Part shown: one piece after another, positions 17,639 through 25,609 of the stretch | How positions within the stretch are numbered: position 1 is the first letter of the stretch | Layout: every line of letters starts with the position of its first letter | From: a virus | Lineage: Duplodnaviria; Caudoviricetes | Length of the DNA: 57,698 bases | IMG/VR virus record: IMGVR_UViG_3300023116_000053 | Span: 1 to 57,698 of that record | Direction: 5' to 3' (one strand) | The notes under the pieces: model-generated | The model's database searches: none | What the model was told of the DNA's origin: nothing | The model's input: only the letters and a program-made list of their open reading frames with translations | Translations under genes and position numbers: made by a program

Positions 17639-18850
17639 CTATGTTTTAGTTATTCCAGCAATTTTTTTCCATCGAGCAGTTTGTTGTTCTTCAATTATGC
17701 TGGGTTTTGGTTTTTCTTTGGAATTTTGAGTTAAAGAGTTATTTTTTCGTACAGTTGCTTCTCTCAGTGATTTTGGTGCTTTCTTTTGTTTGACAACACC
17801 CACTGCCGAGTTTAACGTTTCAAAAATAACTTTTGCCTCTTCAACAGTTTTTGCTTCGCTTATCTTTTGCTTGAAAAGATTTTTCTGTCGCTCATTCAAA
17901 GAGTCATTCCGTAATGCTCGATTTATATGCAACAATTTTGCATTTAAAAGATTTGTTGTGTTAATATGTTCTTTCAATAAATTTGTTATATTCAACAATT
18001 CATCGTATTTTTTATTTAATTCTTTATTTTCGCGAACTTTCATAAAATACTTTTGTTTGAGTTCTTCATCTTCTTCTTTATTTACATTTTCTTTTGCTTT
18101 GGATACATTAAGAAAATCTTGAGTCAATCCTTTGTTCAAAGATGGTTGCGCTTGATGGCCATGTCCGACTTCTAAATCATAATCTAGGACATCAAAATCT
18201 TCACTTTCAAACAAATCGTTTGCTTCTTCAATTGGAACACAATTAGGGACTTTTTTCCCATTTTTTGTTTTCATGCCAACTTGTTCGTATCCTTTCCAAC
18301 AAGGCTTTTTTTCATTTAAGAAGCCATCTTCATTTAATTCATAATCTTCCTCTTCTTCGGGAGATTCCTCAACAAAAGAGACAGGAACGTTTTCCTTGCT
18401 CGTCTTTTGTTGATTTTTTTTGTTTCTAACTGTGGCTATTTCAGATTCTAATTGTTCGAAGTTAATTTCAATTTCTTCTTCTTCGTCATCACCTTCTAAA
18501 GAAAAATCACCAGACATTGGAATGTCTTCGAAGTCACTCGACAAATCAATAATTTGTTCATCATCAGAAATATCATCTTCTTCTTCTGGACCTAAGTCTG
18601 GCATCCCCCCAAACATACCCCCTTCATCTCCAGCATCTAACATTTCACTGCCTTCGTTGTCGAAGTCAGGCATTTTATCATCATCGGACAAAGGTGGAGA
18701 TAGGTTGTCCTCTTCTTCGCTCATCATCTTTTCAAAAATTTTCTGATAATCTTCTGCGTGTCTTTCCAAAGTTTTTTCTTCTGCTAGTTTGGAAATTGCA
18801 GATTTCAATTCTTTAGCGTCAATTATTGATTGTTCAAGCATATTACTCAT
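17639..18850 (-). CDS. Prohead scaffolding protein (gp22-like)
   Basis: Acidic middle, coiled-coil C-term (NLLNAKLL), many L/I-x-E sites; directly upstream of the capsid gene. Confidence 0.75.
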   Translation of the reverse strand: MSNMLEQSIIDAKELKSAISKLAEEKTLERHAEDYQKIFEKMMSEEEDNLSPPLSDDDKMPDFDNEGSEMLDAGDEGGMFGGMPDLGPEEEDDISDDEQIIDLSSDFEDIPMSGDFSLEGDDEEEEIEINFEQLESEIATVRNKKNQQKTSKENVPVSFVEESPEEEEDYELNEDGFLNEKKPCWKGYEQVGMKTKNGKKVPNCVPIEEANDLFESEDFDVLDYDLEVGHGHQAQPSLNKGLTQDFLNVSKAKENVNKEEDEELKQKYFMKVRENKELNKKYDELLNITNLLKEHINTTNLLNAKLLHINRALRNDSLNERQKNLFKQKISEAKTVEEAKVIFETLNSAVGVVKQKKAPKSLREATVRKNNSLTQNSKEKPKPSIIEEQQTARWKKIAGITKT

Positions 18851-18876
18851 TTTTTAAGAAAATCCCACTTTTTATG

Positions 18877-18885
18877 ATAAATAGG
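18877..18885 (-). promoter_or_regulatory. Candidate late promoter (CCTATTTAT) upstream of scaffold/capsid
   Basis: Same motif, with spacing similar to the sheath site (about 25 nt before ATG). Confidence 0.4.
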
Positions 18886-18933
18886 TTAAGTTTTCATTTT
18901 GTTCGTTTTTGCAAATGAAAAAATAAAATAGTC

Positions 18934-19320
18934 TTAACCACTAATCCCAACAGATGAAGATATATCCCACATTCTGTTAGGAGAAATGTTGGTCAATTCA
19001 GCCAACAATTGAAAGCCAGTGTTGCCATTATTCGCAATCAACCAAACTTCTTTACACTTTACATCGTAAGTTAAACTATCTCCTGATGCTATTACAAAAG
19101 TATGTTTATTAGAACGCACTGTCGGGTCAACAGGGGAAGCAAAGGCTAGTTCTACCGCATCTGAACCTGTGACGTTTATTGTTATGCTTTTTGTAATGCT
19201 AGGGAATTGTATATTGATGTTTGAAGGGCTTGCTCCTAAATCTGAGCCTGTTATAAATGGTATACCTGAAACTTGATACGCACCAACATGGCCAATTCCT
19301 GTTTCATATTTGTTGTTCAT
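18934..19320 (-). CDS. Hypothetical virion-associated beta protein
   Basis: 128 aa with GIGHVGAYQVSGIPF; located in the head gene cluster. Confidence 0.45.
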   Translation of the reverse strand: MNNKYETGIGHVGAYQVSGIPFITGSDLGASPSNINIQFPSITKSITINVTGSDAVELAFASPVDPTVRSNKHTFVIASGDSLTYDVKCKEVWLIANNGNTGFQLLAELTNISPNRMWDISSSVGISG

Positions 19321-19333
19321 TTTTCTTTCCTTT

Positions 19334-19792
19334 TTAATTTGTCGTCCAGCATGTAATATCAGCGTGTTGAACAGTTACATTTGTTGAGTCAGAAATATTT
19401 CTGACTCTCATCTCCATCAAATCATCTTTGTTTATTTTAAAAACATAAATGTGGCTTGAAGCTATAGGTATTGTTTTGTAATTAAAAGAAAAAACTGAAA
19501 GAGGTTGCAAGACATTGTTTAAAAAAATACCAAATTCAAAATCTACGTTGTTAGTTGCTGCTAAGATTTGTGCATCTAAATAACAAACCACAGTCTTCTG
19601 AGTGTTATAAGTGTATTTTAAACTTTTGTTGTCACTGTGCAGTTCAAACCCATAATTACTTGAGTTTCCATCCCAATTTGAAACATTTATTACTGTCCAT
19701 TCGTTAAGGTTGGATATTGATGTAACATCAGTATTGTTGGAAAAGTTAATTTCTCCAACTTGTCTATTATTAGATGGAATGTGTATTGTCAT
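19334..19792 (-). CDS. Hypothetical beta-sandwich protein
   Basis: 152 aa, alternating hydrophobic strands ending DLMEMRVRN (C1q/TNF-like pattern by eye). Confidence 0.4.
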   Translation of the reverse strand: MTIHIPSNNRQVGEINFSNNTDVTSISNLNEWTVINVSNWDGNSSNYGFELHSDNKSLKYTYNTQKTVVCYLDAQILAATNNVDFEFGIFLNNVLQPLSVFSFNYKTIPIASSHIYVFKINKDDLMEMRVRNISDSTNVTVQHADITCWTTN

Positions 19793-20463
19793 TTTTTTTC
19801 AAACGGTCTAACTATAGACCAATACCTCTTTAGTCCATTGTTGTTGCTTTTGTTTTTATACCAATAGTCGTAACCTGCACCATTAGCACTAGGAGATGCT
19901 GCCCAAGTATTTAAAGCGTCAACATTATTAATTTTTATATGAGGTTCTTCGGCAACTATAAACCAATGATGGGGTAAGTTGTCGCCATAACCTATGACGC
20001 CGACATCCCCACCTTGTGCATCGTTAGGGTTTGTAATTATATTGTTTGCCCAACCTAAATTTATAAAAGCATCGCAAAGGCCATTTTTTTCTTGTAAGGA
20101 TTCTTTTTTTAAGTTTTCTATTTGTGTATTTGTTATCTTGTCTTCTAATTTTAGTAACTTTAGAGCATGTATGATGCACCAAAGGCTTGTCCCTAAGCAA
20201 GCGACTGGAATTTTCTCGTCTTTCTTTAAGGGAGAACCTTCATGTGGGGCAGCAGGATAACACCACAGAACTCTCTTTCCATTCCATTTTGTGTCTGTGG
20301 CTTGGTTTTCTTTTACTTCTTTGTGTAATTCTTTTATAGGAGGGGGGCATCCGTGGTCTAATTCAAGAGAGTCAGTGGAATACTTTAGTTTATCTTTGAA
20401 GTGTTCCTCACAATACATTTGAACTTTTACCAATGCAACTCTCCAATCATCACTTGTTGTCAT
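19789..20463 (-). CDS. Hypothetical protein, possible papain-like (NlpC/CHAP) hydrolase
   Basis: Cys (VACLG) ... GD (QGGDVG) ... His (PHHWFIV) in the NlpC/P60 order; weak. Confidence 0.35.
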   Translation of the reverse strand: MTTSDDWRVALVKVQMYCEEHFKDKLKYSTDSLELDHGCPPPIKELHKEVKENQATDTKWNGKRVLWCYPAAPHEGSPLKKDEKIPVACLGTSLWCIIHALKLLKLEDKITNTQIENLKKESLQEKNGLCDAFINLGWANNIITNPNDAQGGDVGVIGYGDNLPHHWFIVAEEPHIKINNVDALNTWAASPSANGAGYDYWYKNKSNNNGLKRYWSIVRPFEKK

Positions 20464-20662
20464 TTTTTTTCTTTTTTTCCAAGAAGATTGTGCGTTTTTT
20501 TTCCATTCTTTTTTTGTCAGATTTTTTTACAAAATACATTTTTTCTTTATATTTTTCCAAACATCCACTTTTGTAAACTTTCTTTTTAAATCGTCGTATA
20601 AGACTTTCAGATGTTTCATTTGTTTTCAATTGAACTTCTGCGTTGTTACTGTTTATTAACAT
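20450..20662 (-). CDS. rpsU: 30S ribosomal protein bS21 (phage-encoded)
   Basis: 70 aa, basic; V....E..ESLIRRFKKKV.KSG.LE.YKEK.YFVKKS.KKR matches the bS21 consensus. Confidence 0.85.
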   Translation of the reverse strand: MLINSNNAEVQLKTNETSESLIRRFKKKVYKSGCLEKYKEKMYFVKKSDKKRMEKKRTIFLEKKKKNDNK

Positions 20663-20674
20663 TTTTTTTCCTTT

Positions 20675-21040
20675 TTAATTTTTAAAAAACATGCTTATAT
20701 CTACACCTGAATCATTAAAATCTAAACCGGGGAATCTTTTTGAAGCAGATACTCCGCTTGTGTCAGATAGAGACTCGTTAATTTCTTTCGATGGGGTTAC
20801 ACCGTCAAACACGTCAACACCGTTGTACATATCTTTGCTTAAATTAGATAAGTTTTTGACTTTTTTGTTTGGTATTTGACTTATTTTTTTACTTTTGTTT
20901 TCGGATATAACTTCTACATTATTAATTGCTAAAATTGTTTCAGAAATAACATTTGAAAGTAAATTTTCTTCCATTATCATTTCTTTTATACATTCTTTAA
21001 TGAGAGGTTTTACTAATTTTACAAAATCTTTTTTTTTCAT
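20675..21040 (-). CDS. Hypothetical head-cluster protein
   Basis: MKKKDFVKLVKPLIKECIKEMIMEE leader; GVDVFDGVTP and DSGVDIS motifs. Confidence 0.55.
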   Translation of the reverse strand: MKKKDFVKLVKPLIKECIKEMIMEENLLSNVISETILAINNVEVISENKSKKISQIPNKKVKNLSNLSKDMYNGVDVFDGVTPSKEINESLSDTSGVSASKRFPGLDFNDSGVDISMFFKN

Positions 21041-21058
21041 TTTTTTACCTTTGAAGGG

Positions 21059-21670
21059 TTATTTCAAAATATCAATCAAAGCAAGTTGATATTTTTCTTT
21101 ATAGGACAGTTTTCTGTTGCTGTATGGAATCTTACATTCTTTCATTAAAAACGCATCTCTAGTAGAAGGTTCTTGAACGATGTCAAAACAAACTAATTGG
21201 AAGTCTTCTTCCACAATAATACCCTCTTTTGTTTCTTTGACTGAACCTAAACCTCTAGAGGAAATTCCAAATTTTATATTATCTTTTATAAGACCTTCTA
21301 AAATCTGTCCAGATGGGTGATGTTTGAGGATTCTTAATTTCCCCTTCAAATCTTTTCCTTCCCACCACAAGTCTTCAACAATGTGACAAACATTTTTTAG
21401 ATCGATTTCTGCTGAGTCTGGATGGTTTAACTCGCCCACTGCTCTATTTTCTTCTATGACTTTTCTATAATTTTCAACTTCTCTCTTGAGAATGGATTCA
21501 CTGTATACCCTTCCATTTCCATTTTTTTCATCTGCTCTTTGGACAGTTCCAGTCAAATAGATGATTCCTTCGTTTTTTATTCTATATTTTTCTGATTCTG
21601 TCAAATAATCTTGACAGATTCCGCTAGGGCATAAATTATAGAATTCTCTCAATAATACTTTCTTATTCAA
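21059..21670 (-). CDS. Prohead core protease (T4 gp21-like)
   Basis: QRADEKNGNGRVY, GELNHP, CH, GISSRGLGS, FDIVQEPS; TTG start with AAAGG upstream. Confidence 0.93.
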   Translation of the reverse strand: MNKKVLLREFYNLCPSGICQDYLTESEKYRIKNEGIIYLTGTVQRADEKNGNGRVYSESILKREVENYRKVIEENRAVGELNHPDSAEIDLKNVCHIVEDLWWEGKDLKGKLRILKHHPSGQILEGLIKDNIKFGISSRGLGSVKETKEGIIVEEDFQLVCFDIVQEPSTRDAFLMKECKIPYSNRKLSYKEKYQLALIDILK

Positions 21671-21699
21671 TTTATATTACCTTTTGATATTGTTTGCAT

Positions 21700-21732
21700 A
21701 AAAAAACCAAGTATTTTATAGTAAATACTTGG
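21700..21732 (-). terminator. Rho-independent terminator upstream of protease gene
   Basis: 10-bp stem CCAAGTATTT/AAATACTTGG followed by 7 T on the minus strand. Confidence 0.7.
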
Positions 21733-21779
21733 CAGGATTCATTTAGGTTGTTTTTTATCGAGGTTTTCTACCTCGACAT

Positions 21780-21839
21780 TCAGCAACCTTCTTTGCAACG
21801 ACGAATCGTTGGCATCATGAATTTCTTTGAAATTCTCAT
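21780..21839 (-). CDS. Unannotated 19-aa mini-ORF MRISKKFMMPTIRRCKEGC
   Basis: ATG..TGA in frame, preceded by TAAGGAGGTGAT (21841-21852). Confidence 0.6.
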   Translation of the reverse strand: MRISKKFMMPTIRRCKEGC

Positions 21840-21849
21840 TATCACCTCC

Positions 21850-22140
21850 TTATTGGGTAAGATTCAGATTTAAACCACAATCTGTGAACAACTTATCTAG
21901 TATATAATTGACGCCAGAACTTAAGAATCCTAAACACAGTCCTGTAACCCAACTTCCATCGAAGTTAAACAAAATTGTTTTACCGCTGATGGACCATATT
22001 AGTAAGCCTGTCCAAAAACCCATACACATACTACATTTAAATAGATACCATTTTGGTCGAAAAATCTTTAAAATTTCTGAATACAACAATATTTGCGTCA
22101 AGCCAAATGAAACTAATGAAAAAATCGCAATTTGAGACAT
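21850..22140 (-). CDS. Small membrane protein with CxxC (DUF1360-like)
   Basis: About three hydrophobic segments; FKCSMCMGFW motif. Confidence 0.6.
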   Translation of the reverse strand: MSQIAIFSLVSFGLTQILLYSEILKIFRPKWYLFKCSMCMGFWTGLLIWSISGKTILFNFDGSWVTGLCLGFLSSGVNYILDKLFTDCGLNLNLTQ

Positions 22141-22224
22141 TTTAACACCTTTTTTTTGTTTAGCCGAAGTTCTATTCGAAAAGTAAATAAACTCGCGCTA
22201 GGACAACTCCCAGGCCACCCTATG

Positions 22225-22749
22225 CTATTCGTACATGTAACCAAATGTTGAACCAAATGCATATGGCCTGCCAGATCGAGGAATGACCCCTTTGTACTCT
22301 TCGTGAGGCACATCGCCTAAATCTGTAGATTCACTTTCTTCTGGATTGTACATGCTTCTGTCAACCATGTCTTTGTATTCTTTTTCTTTTTTAAAATAAT
22401 TATCTTCTTTTTCTAAGAATTTGCCGATATTTGCTATAATCATATCAAATTGGTTAATTTTTTCTTCTGGCTCAACAATTTTTCCTTCAATAGAATAATA
22501 TACTGAACCTCCTGTAACACTTTCAGGTACTATCAGCCCTGTTTTAACCAAGAAGTCAAAAAATAAATCTTGAGAGCCATAAACAAAATCAGACATTTCA
22601 TCTTTTGGGAAAGTGATGATTTTTTGTAATTTTGGAATAATAACAATATCGATGTCTGGATGGTCTGTTATCATAATTCTTCCATCGATAGTCCGACTGA
22701 TTTTTAATTTATACGATGGTAGTTTTACTTTGTTAATTTTTATCTTCAT
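22225..22749 (-). CDS. Hypothetical protein of head cluster
   Basis: Likely ATG at 22749; ITDHPDIDIV and STDLGDVPH motifs. Confidence 0.55.
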   Translation of the reverse strand: MKIKINKVKLPSYKLKISRTIDGRIMITDHPDIDIVIIPKLQKIITFPKDEMSDFVYGSQDLFFDFLVKTGLIVPESVTGGSVYYSIEGKIVEPEEKINQFDMIIANIGKFLEKEDNYFKKEKEYKDMVDRSMYNPEESESTDLGDVPHEEYKGVIPRSGRPYAFGSTFGYMYE

Positions 22750-23581
22750 GCTCTTTATACTCAAAATTTTCTTGTGTTTCTTTGATAATATTAGCCAGAT
22801 TATAAAATTTCATAATTGTTGTAATTAAATTTTCATCAATCTTTTGTTTATGCATTTCTTGCAACATTTTATAAGCACTGTTTGTCTGTTTTTTGATTGT
22901 GTCGTCTGAACACAATTCTTTGTCTTCTAAAACATTCAACAATTCCTTTTTCAGAGTATCAATTTCTTCATTTAGAAAACTCTTTAGGGAGAGAGAATTG
23001 TCGGAAAAAGAAAATATATATTCTTTTATTAATTTTTTTTGATTCTCCAGAAGAGTGTTGGAGTATGTCTGGTTATATTTTTGTAAAAATTTTCCGACAA
23101 CAACTCCATCTATTTTGTTTTCAAAGTTATTAGAAGTTTCTTTTTGTTTCATCTCTTCTATAATTTTTGTTTCTAATATAACATTGTTTTTTATACTACC
23201 TGTCTTATTGAAAATTTGATATATCGACGCAATATTTTTATAGTTCGGTACAAACTTTGAATACACTTGTTTGCCTATTTTTTTGTTAATAAAATTTAAC
23301 AAATCTGTTTTTTCTTTGAAAAGTTTCTTATGGTCTAAGTAAGAATATTGTTGCTTGACTTCGTTAAGAATGCCTTGGCAAATTTTTTCAGGCTCACCTT
23401 GCACATTCAATATTTGCTTATATAGTCTATATTCCTTGTGAAGTTCTCTTTTTTTATTGAAAAAATTCATTATGCAAGAAGTGATTTCTTTCTTTCTTTC
23501 TTTTTCTTTAGTTTCAACAAACTCTCTCACTAAAATATTAAACAGAAAGACTGGATTTCTTTTTTTGTTATGTTTAGTCAT
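22733..23581 (-). CDS. Hypothetical prohead-associated helical protein
   Basis: Likely start MTKHNKKRN at 23581; directly follows portal. Confidence 0.55.
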   Translation of the reverse strand: MTKHNKKRNPVFLFNILVREFVETKEKERKKEITSCIMNFFNKKRELHKEYRLYKQILNVQGEPEKICQGILNEVKQQYSYLDHKKLFKEKTDLLNFINKKIGKQVYSKFVPNYKNIASIYQIFNKTGSIKNNVILETKIIEEMKQKETSNNFENKIDGVVVGKFLQKYNQTYSNTLLENQKKLIKEYIFSFSDNSLSLKSFLNEEIDTLKKELLNVLEDKELCSDDTIKKQTNSAYKMLQEMHKQKIDENLITTIMKFYNLANIIKETQENFEYKEHEDKN

Positions 23582-25607
23582 CTTTTTTTGCCTTAAATTT
23601 TTTATCCAACTTTTCAACTATTTCGTACAATCCATTGTTTATGTCTGCTATTTGCTTTTCTTCTTTTGAAAAATCTTCCATTATGCCCTTGCTAAAAGAA
23701 CCTAATTCACTCCTCCCAGGTATTGATGGATGATTCTTTTTTTTGTTTTTATCAGGGTCTCTTTGTGAACCTACAGGTCTTATAGAGTCAATTTTTGCCA
23801 TAGATTTAAGATTTTGTTGTATTCCTGACCTCTTTTCAGATTCTTTTTTCGGCGTATACAACTTGCCTTTTGATTTTGTTGTCGTTGTTTGTCCATCCTT
23901 ATATGTCATTTTAAAGCCTGCTTTGTTGACATTTACTTTGTGGGGTTCATCTCTCTTGGCTGGCTCTTCAGGAGAAGCCAAGAGAGTGTCGTCAACATCA
24001 TCTCCTACACCTCCTTCGAAACCTCCCCCAAAGGCTGATTCCAAATCAGAACCCGGAGGCGACACTGTTATTTGTTCTTCCCCAAAACCTGGACTCAATG
24101 GCCCGCCTGCTTCAGAACCAAACATTCCTCCACCACCTGTCATACTCTCTTGCTCTAGAGCCTGTGCGATCTTATCTATCTCTAGTTCGTATTTTTTGTC
24201 ATTAATGATTTCTCTTTGGTTGCGAATAAACTCTTCTTCGCTAAGTCCAAAAAAGTTAACAGCAACCCATCTTTTTGAAAAATAACCTTCGGTCGCAGCA
24301 GAAGCGACATCGAATTTAGTTCTCCAATGCTCTAATTCTTGTATTGCTGCTAATTTTGATGGATTAGCAAGGCTCAATTTGAAAGATATTAAGTCATCTT
24401 TTCTAAAGCCTAATGTATAAAGATGAATAATTCCCATCTTTTCTAACTCATTTACTACAGAACGCTGTATCATTTGGATTGTTTTTGAAAATAAAATGTC
24501 TTTTTGTGCCAGCGATGTTTTATCTTCAACTGCACCACCTTCCGGTATGATATAAGAAGCAGGAATTTTAATCGCTGCCATCATTTCATCTCTTAAAAAC
24601 TTAACATCGTCTACATCCCCGGTGTATTGACCCCCAGCCAAACTATCAATCCTTGTGTTACTTTGTCCACGAACTGGAATTATGTAGTCATCTTCAACAC
24701 TAAGAGGATTATAACGCAAATCAACTTGCCCAGAATCAGGGTCTACGATTTTACTACCTTTTAGTTCTTTTTGAAACTGCAAAACATACTGTTCGACTTC
24801 TTCGGGTGGGATATTACCAACATCTAGATAAAAAACTCTTCTCTCAGGGCTTCTAACGATTCTATAACTCATCATAGCGTTTTTTAAAAGGTCGTATTGT
24901 CGGAATATTCTTCGAGCAGGCTCGAAAACACTTTGGCCATAAGGGGCAAATCTATCGTCACCTAAAATTCTAAAATGACAAATTTGCCAATCTTCTAAGG
25001 TTAAACCTCCTGAATTCCATTGAAACTGAACATAATGTGGGTTGTCTTTGTCTTCACCTTCTAGTCTTTCCACTTCTCTTGAAGGCAAGCCAATGACGTG
25101 GGTGATTCCTCTATCTTCATCAATGTCTAAATAAAGAAAGAAATCTCCATATTTGCACATCGTTCTTGTCCAATGAAAGAGATTTGCTTCTATATTTAAT
25201 ACATTGTAATAAAATTCATCTAGAATTGATTTAATTTCTTGATTTCTGCAATCAATCTTCAGCATTTTCTCTAGTTCATTGCAGGATGTTATCTCCGTAG
25301 CATAGATGTCCAAAGCACTGCCAAGAATTGGCTCATATATCATCATGTCAAAATCAGCATATCTTTCCGCTCTCTGTTGTTCGTACACAAGTTTCGCTGA
25401 TTGGTGCAACCACATATCTTTTTGAATCTTTTTAAATGGTGCGCCAGAAGCAGACTTAAAATCGTACTTCTGCATGTCAATTCTACGCTCTCTTCGATAA
25501 AATTGACGCCTTCTTTTGGTGATTGGACCGGAAAAAAGTCTAGTCAAAGCACGATAGAGAATGTTCTCTTGATTTCTTGTATTTTCGCCTTTTCTCTTAT
25601 TAAACAT
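23574..25607 (-). CDS. Portal protein (T4 gp20-like)
   Basis: ALDIYA, CKYGDFF, YRIVRSPERRVFYLDVGNIP, EDDYIIP, KIPASY; long acidic/basic C-tail. Confidence 0.95.
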   Translation of the reverse strand: MFNKRKGENTRNQENILYRALTRLFSGPITKRRRQFYRRERRIDMQKYDFKSASGAPFKKIQKDMWLHQSAKLVYEQQRAERYADFDMMIYEPILGSALDIYATEITSCNELEKMLKIDCRNQEIKSILDEFYYNVLNIEANLFHWTRTMCKYGDFFLYLDIDEDRGITHVIGLPSREVERLEGEDKDNPHYVQFQWNSGGLTLEDWQICHFRILGDDRFAPYGQSVFEPARRIFRQYDLLKNAMMSYRIVRSPERRVFYLDVGNIPPEEVEQYVLQFQKELKGSKIVDPDSGQVDLRYNPLSVEDDYIIPVRGQSNTRIDSLAGGQYTGDVDDVKFLRDEMMAAIKIPASYIIPEGGAVEDKTSLAQKDILFSKTIQMIQRSVVNELEKMGIIHLYTLGFRKDDLISFKLSLANPSKLAAIQELEHWRTKFDVASAATEGYFSKRWVAVNFFGLSEEEFIRNQREIINDKKYELEIDKIAQALEQESMTGGGGMFGSEAGGPLSPGFGEEQITVSPPGSDLESAFGGGFEGGVGDDVDDTLLASPEEPAKRDEPHKVNVNKAGFKMTYKDGQTTTTKSKGKLYTPKKESEKRSGIQQNLKSMAKIDSIRPVGSQRDPDKNKKKNHPSIPGRSELGSFSKGIMEDFSKEEKQIADINNGLYEIVEKLDKKFKAKKDD

Positions 25608-25609
25608 TT

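Noticed and set aside
20450-20662. Assigning a Bacteroidetes host from bS21
   Set aside because: Many genes have AAAGG/AGGA SD-like motifs, which is atypical for Bacteroidetes-type initiation; the host cannot be determined from this window.
21758-21782. Selenocysteine readthrough (TGC TGA followed by hairpin as SECIS)
   Set aside because: The hairpin starts only 3 nt after UGA and readthrough adds just 3 codons before TAG; does not fit canonical bacterial SECIS spacing. Not formally excluded.
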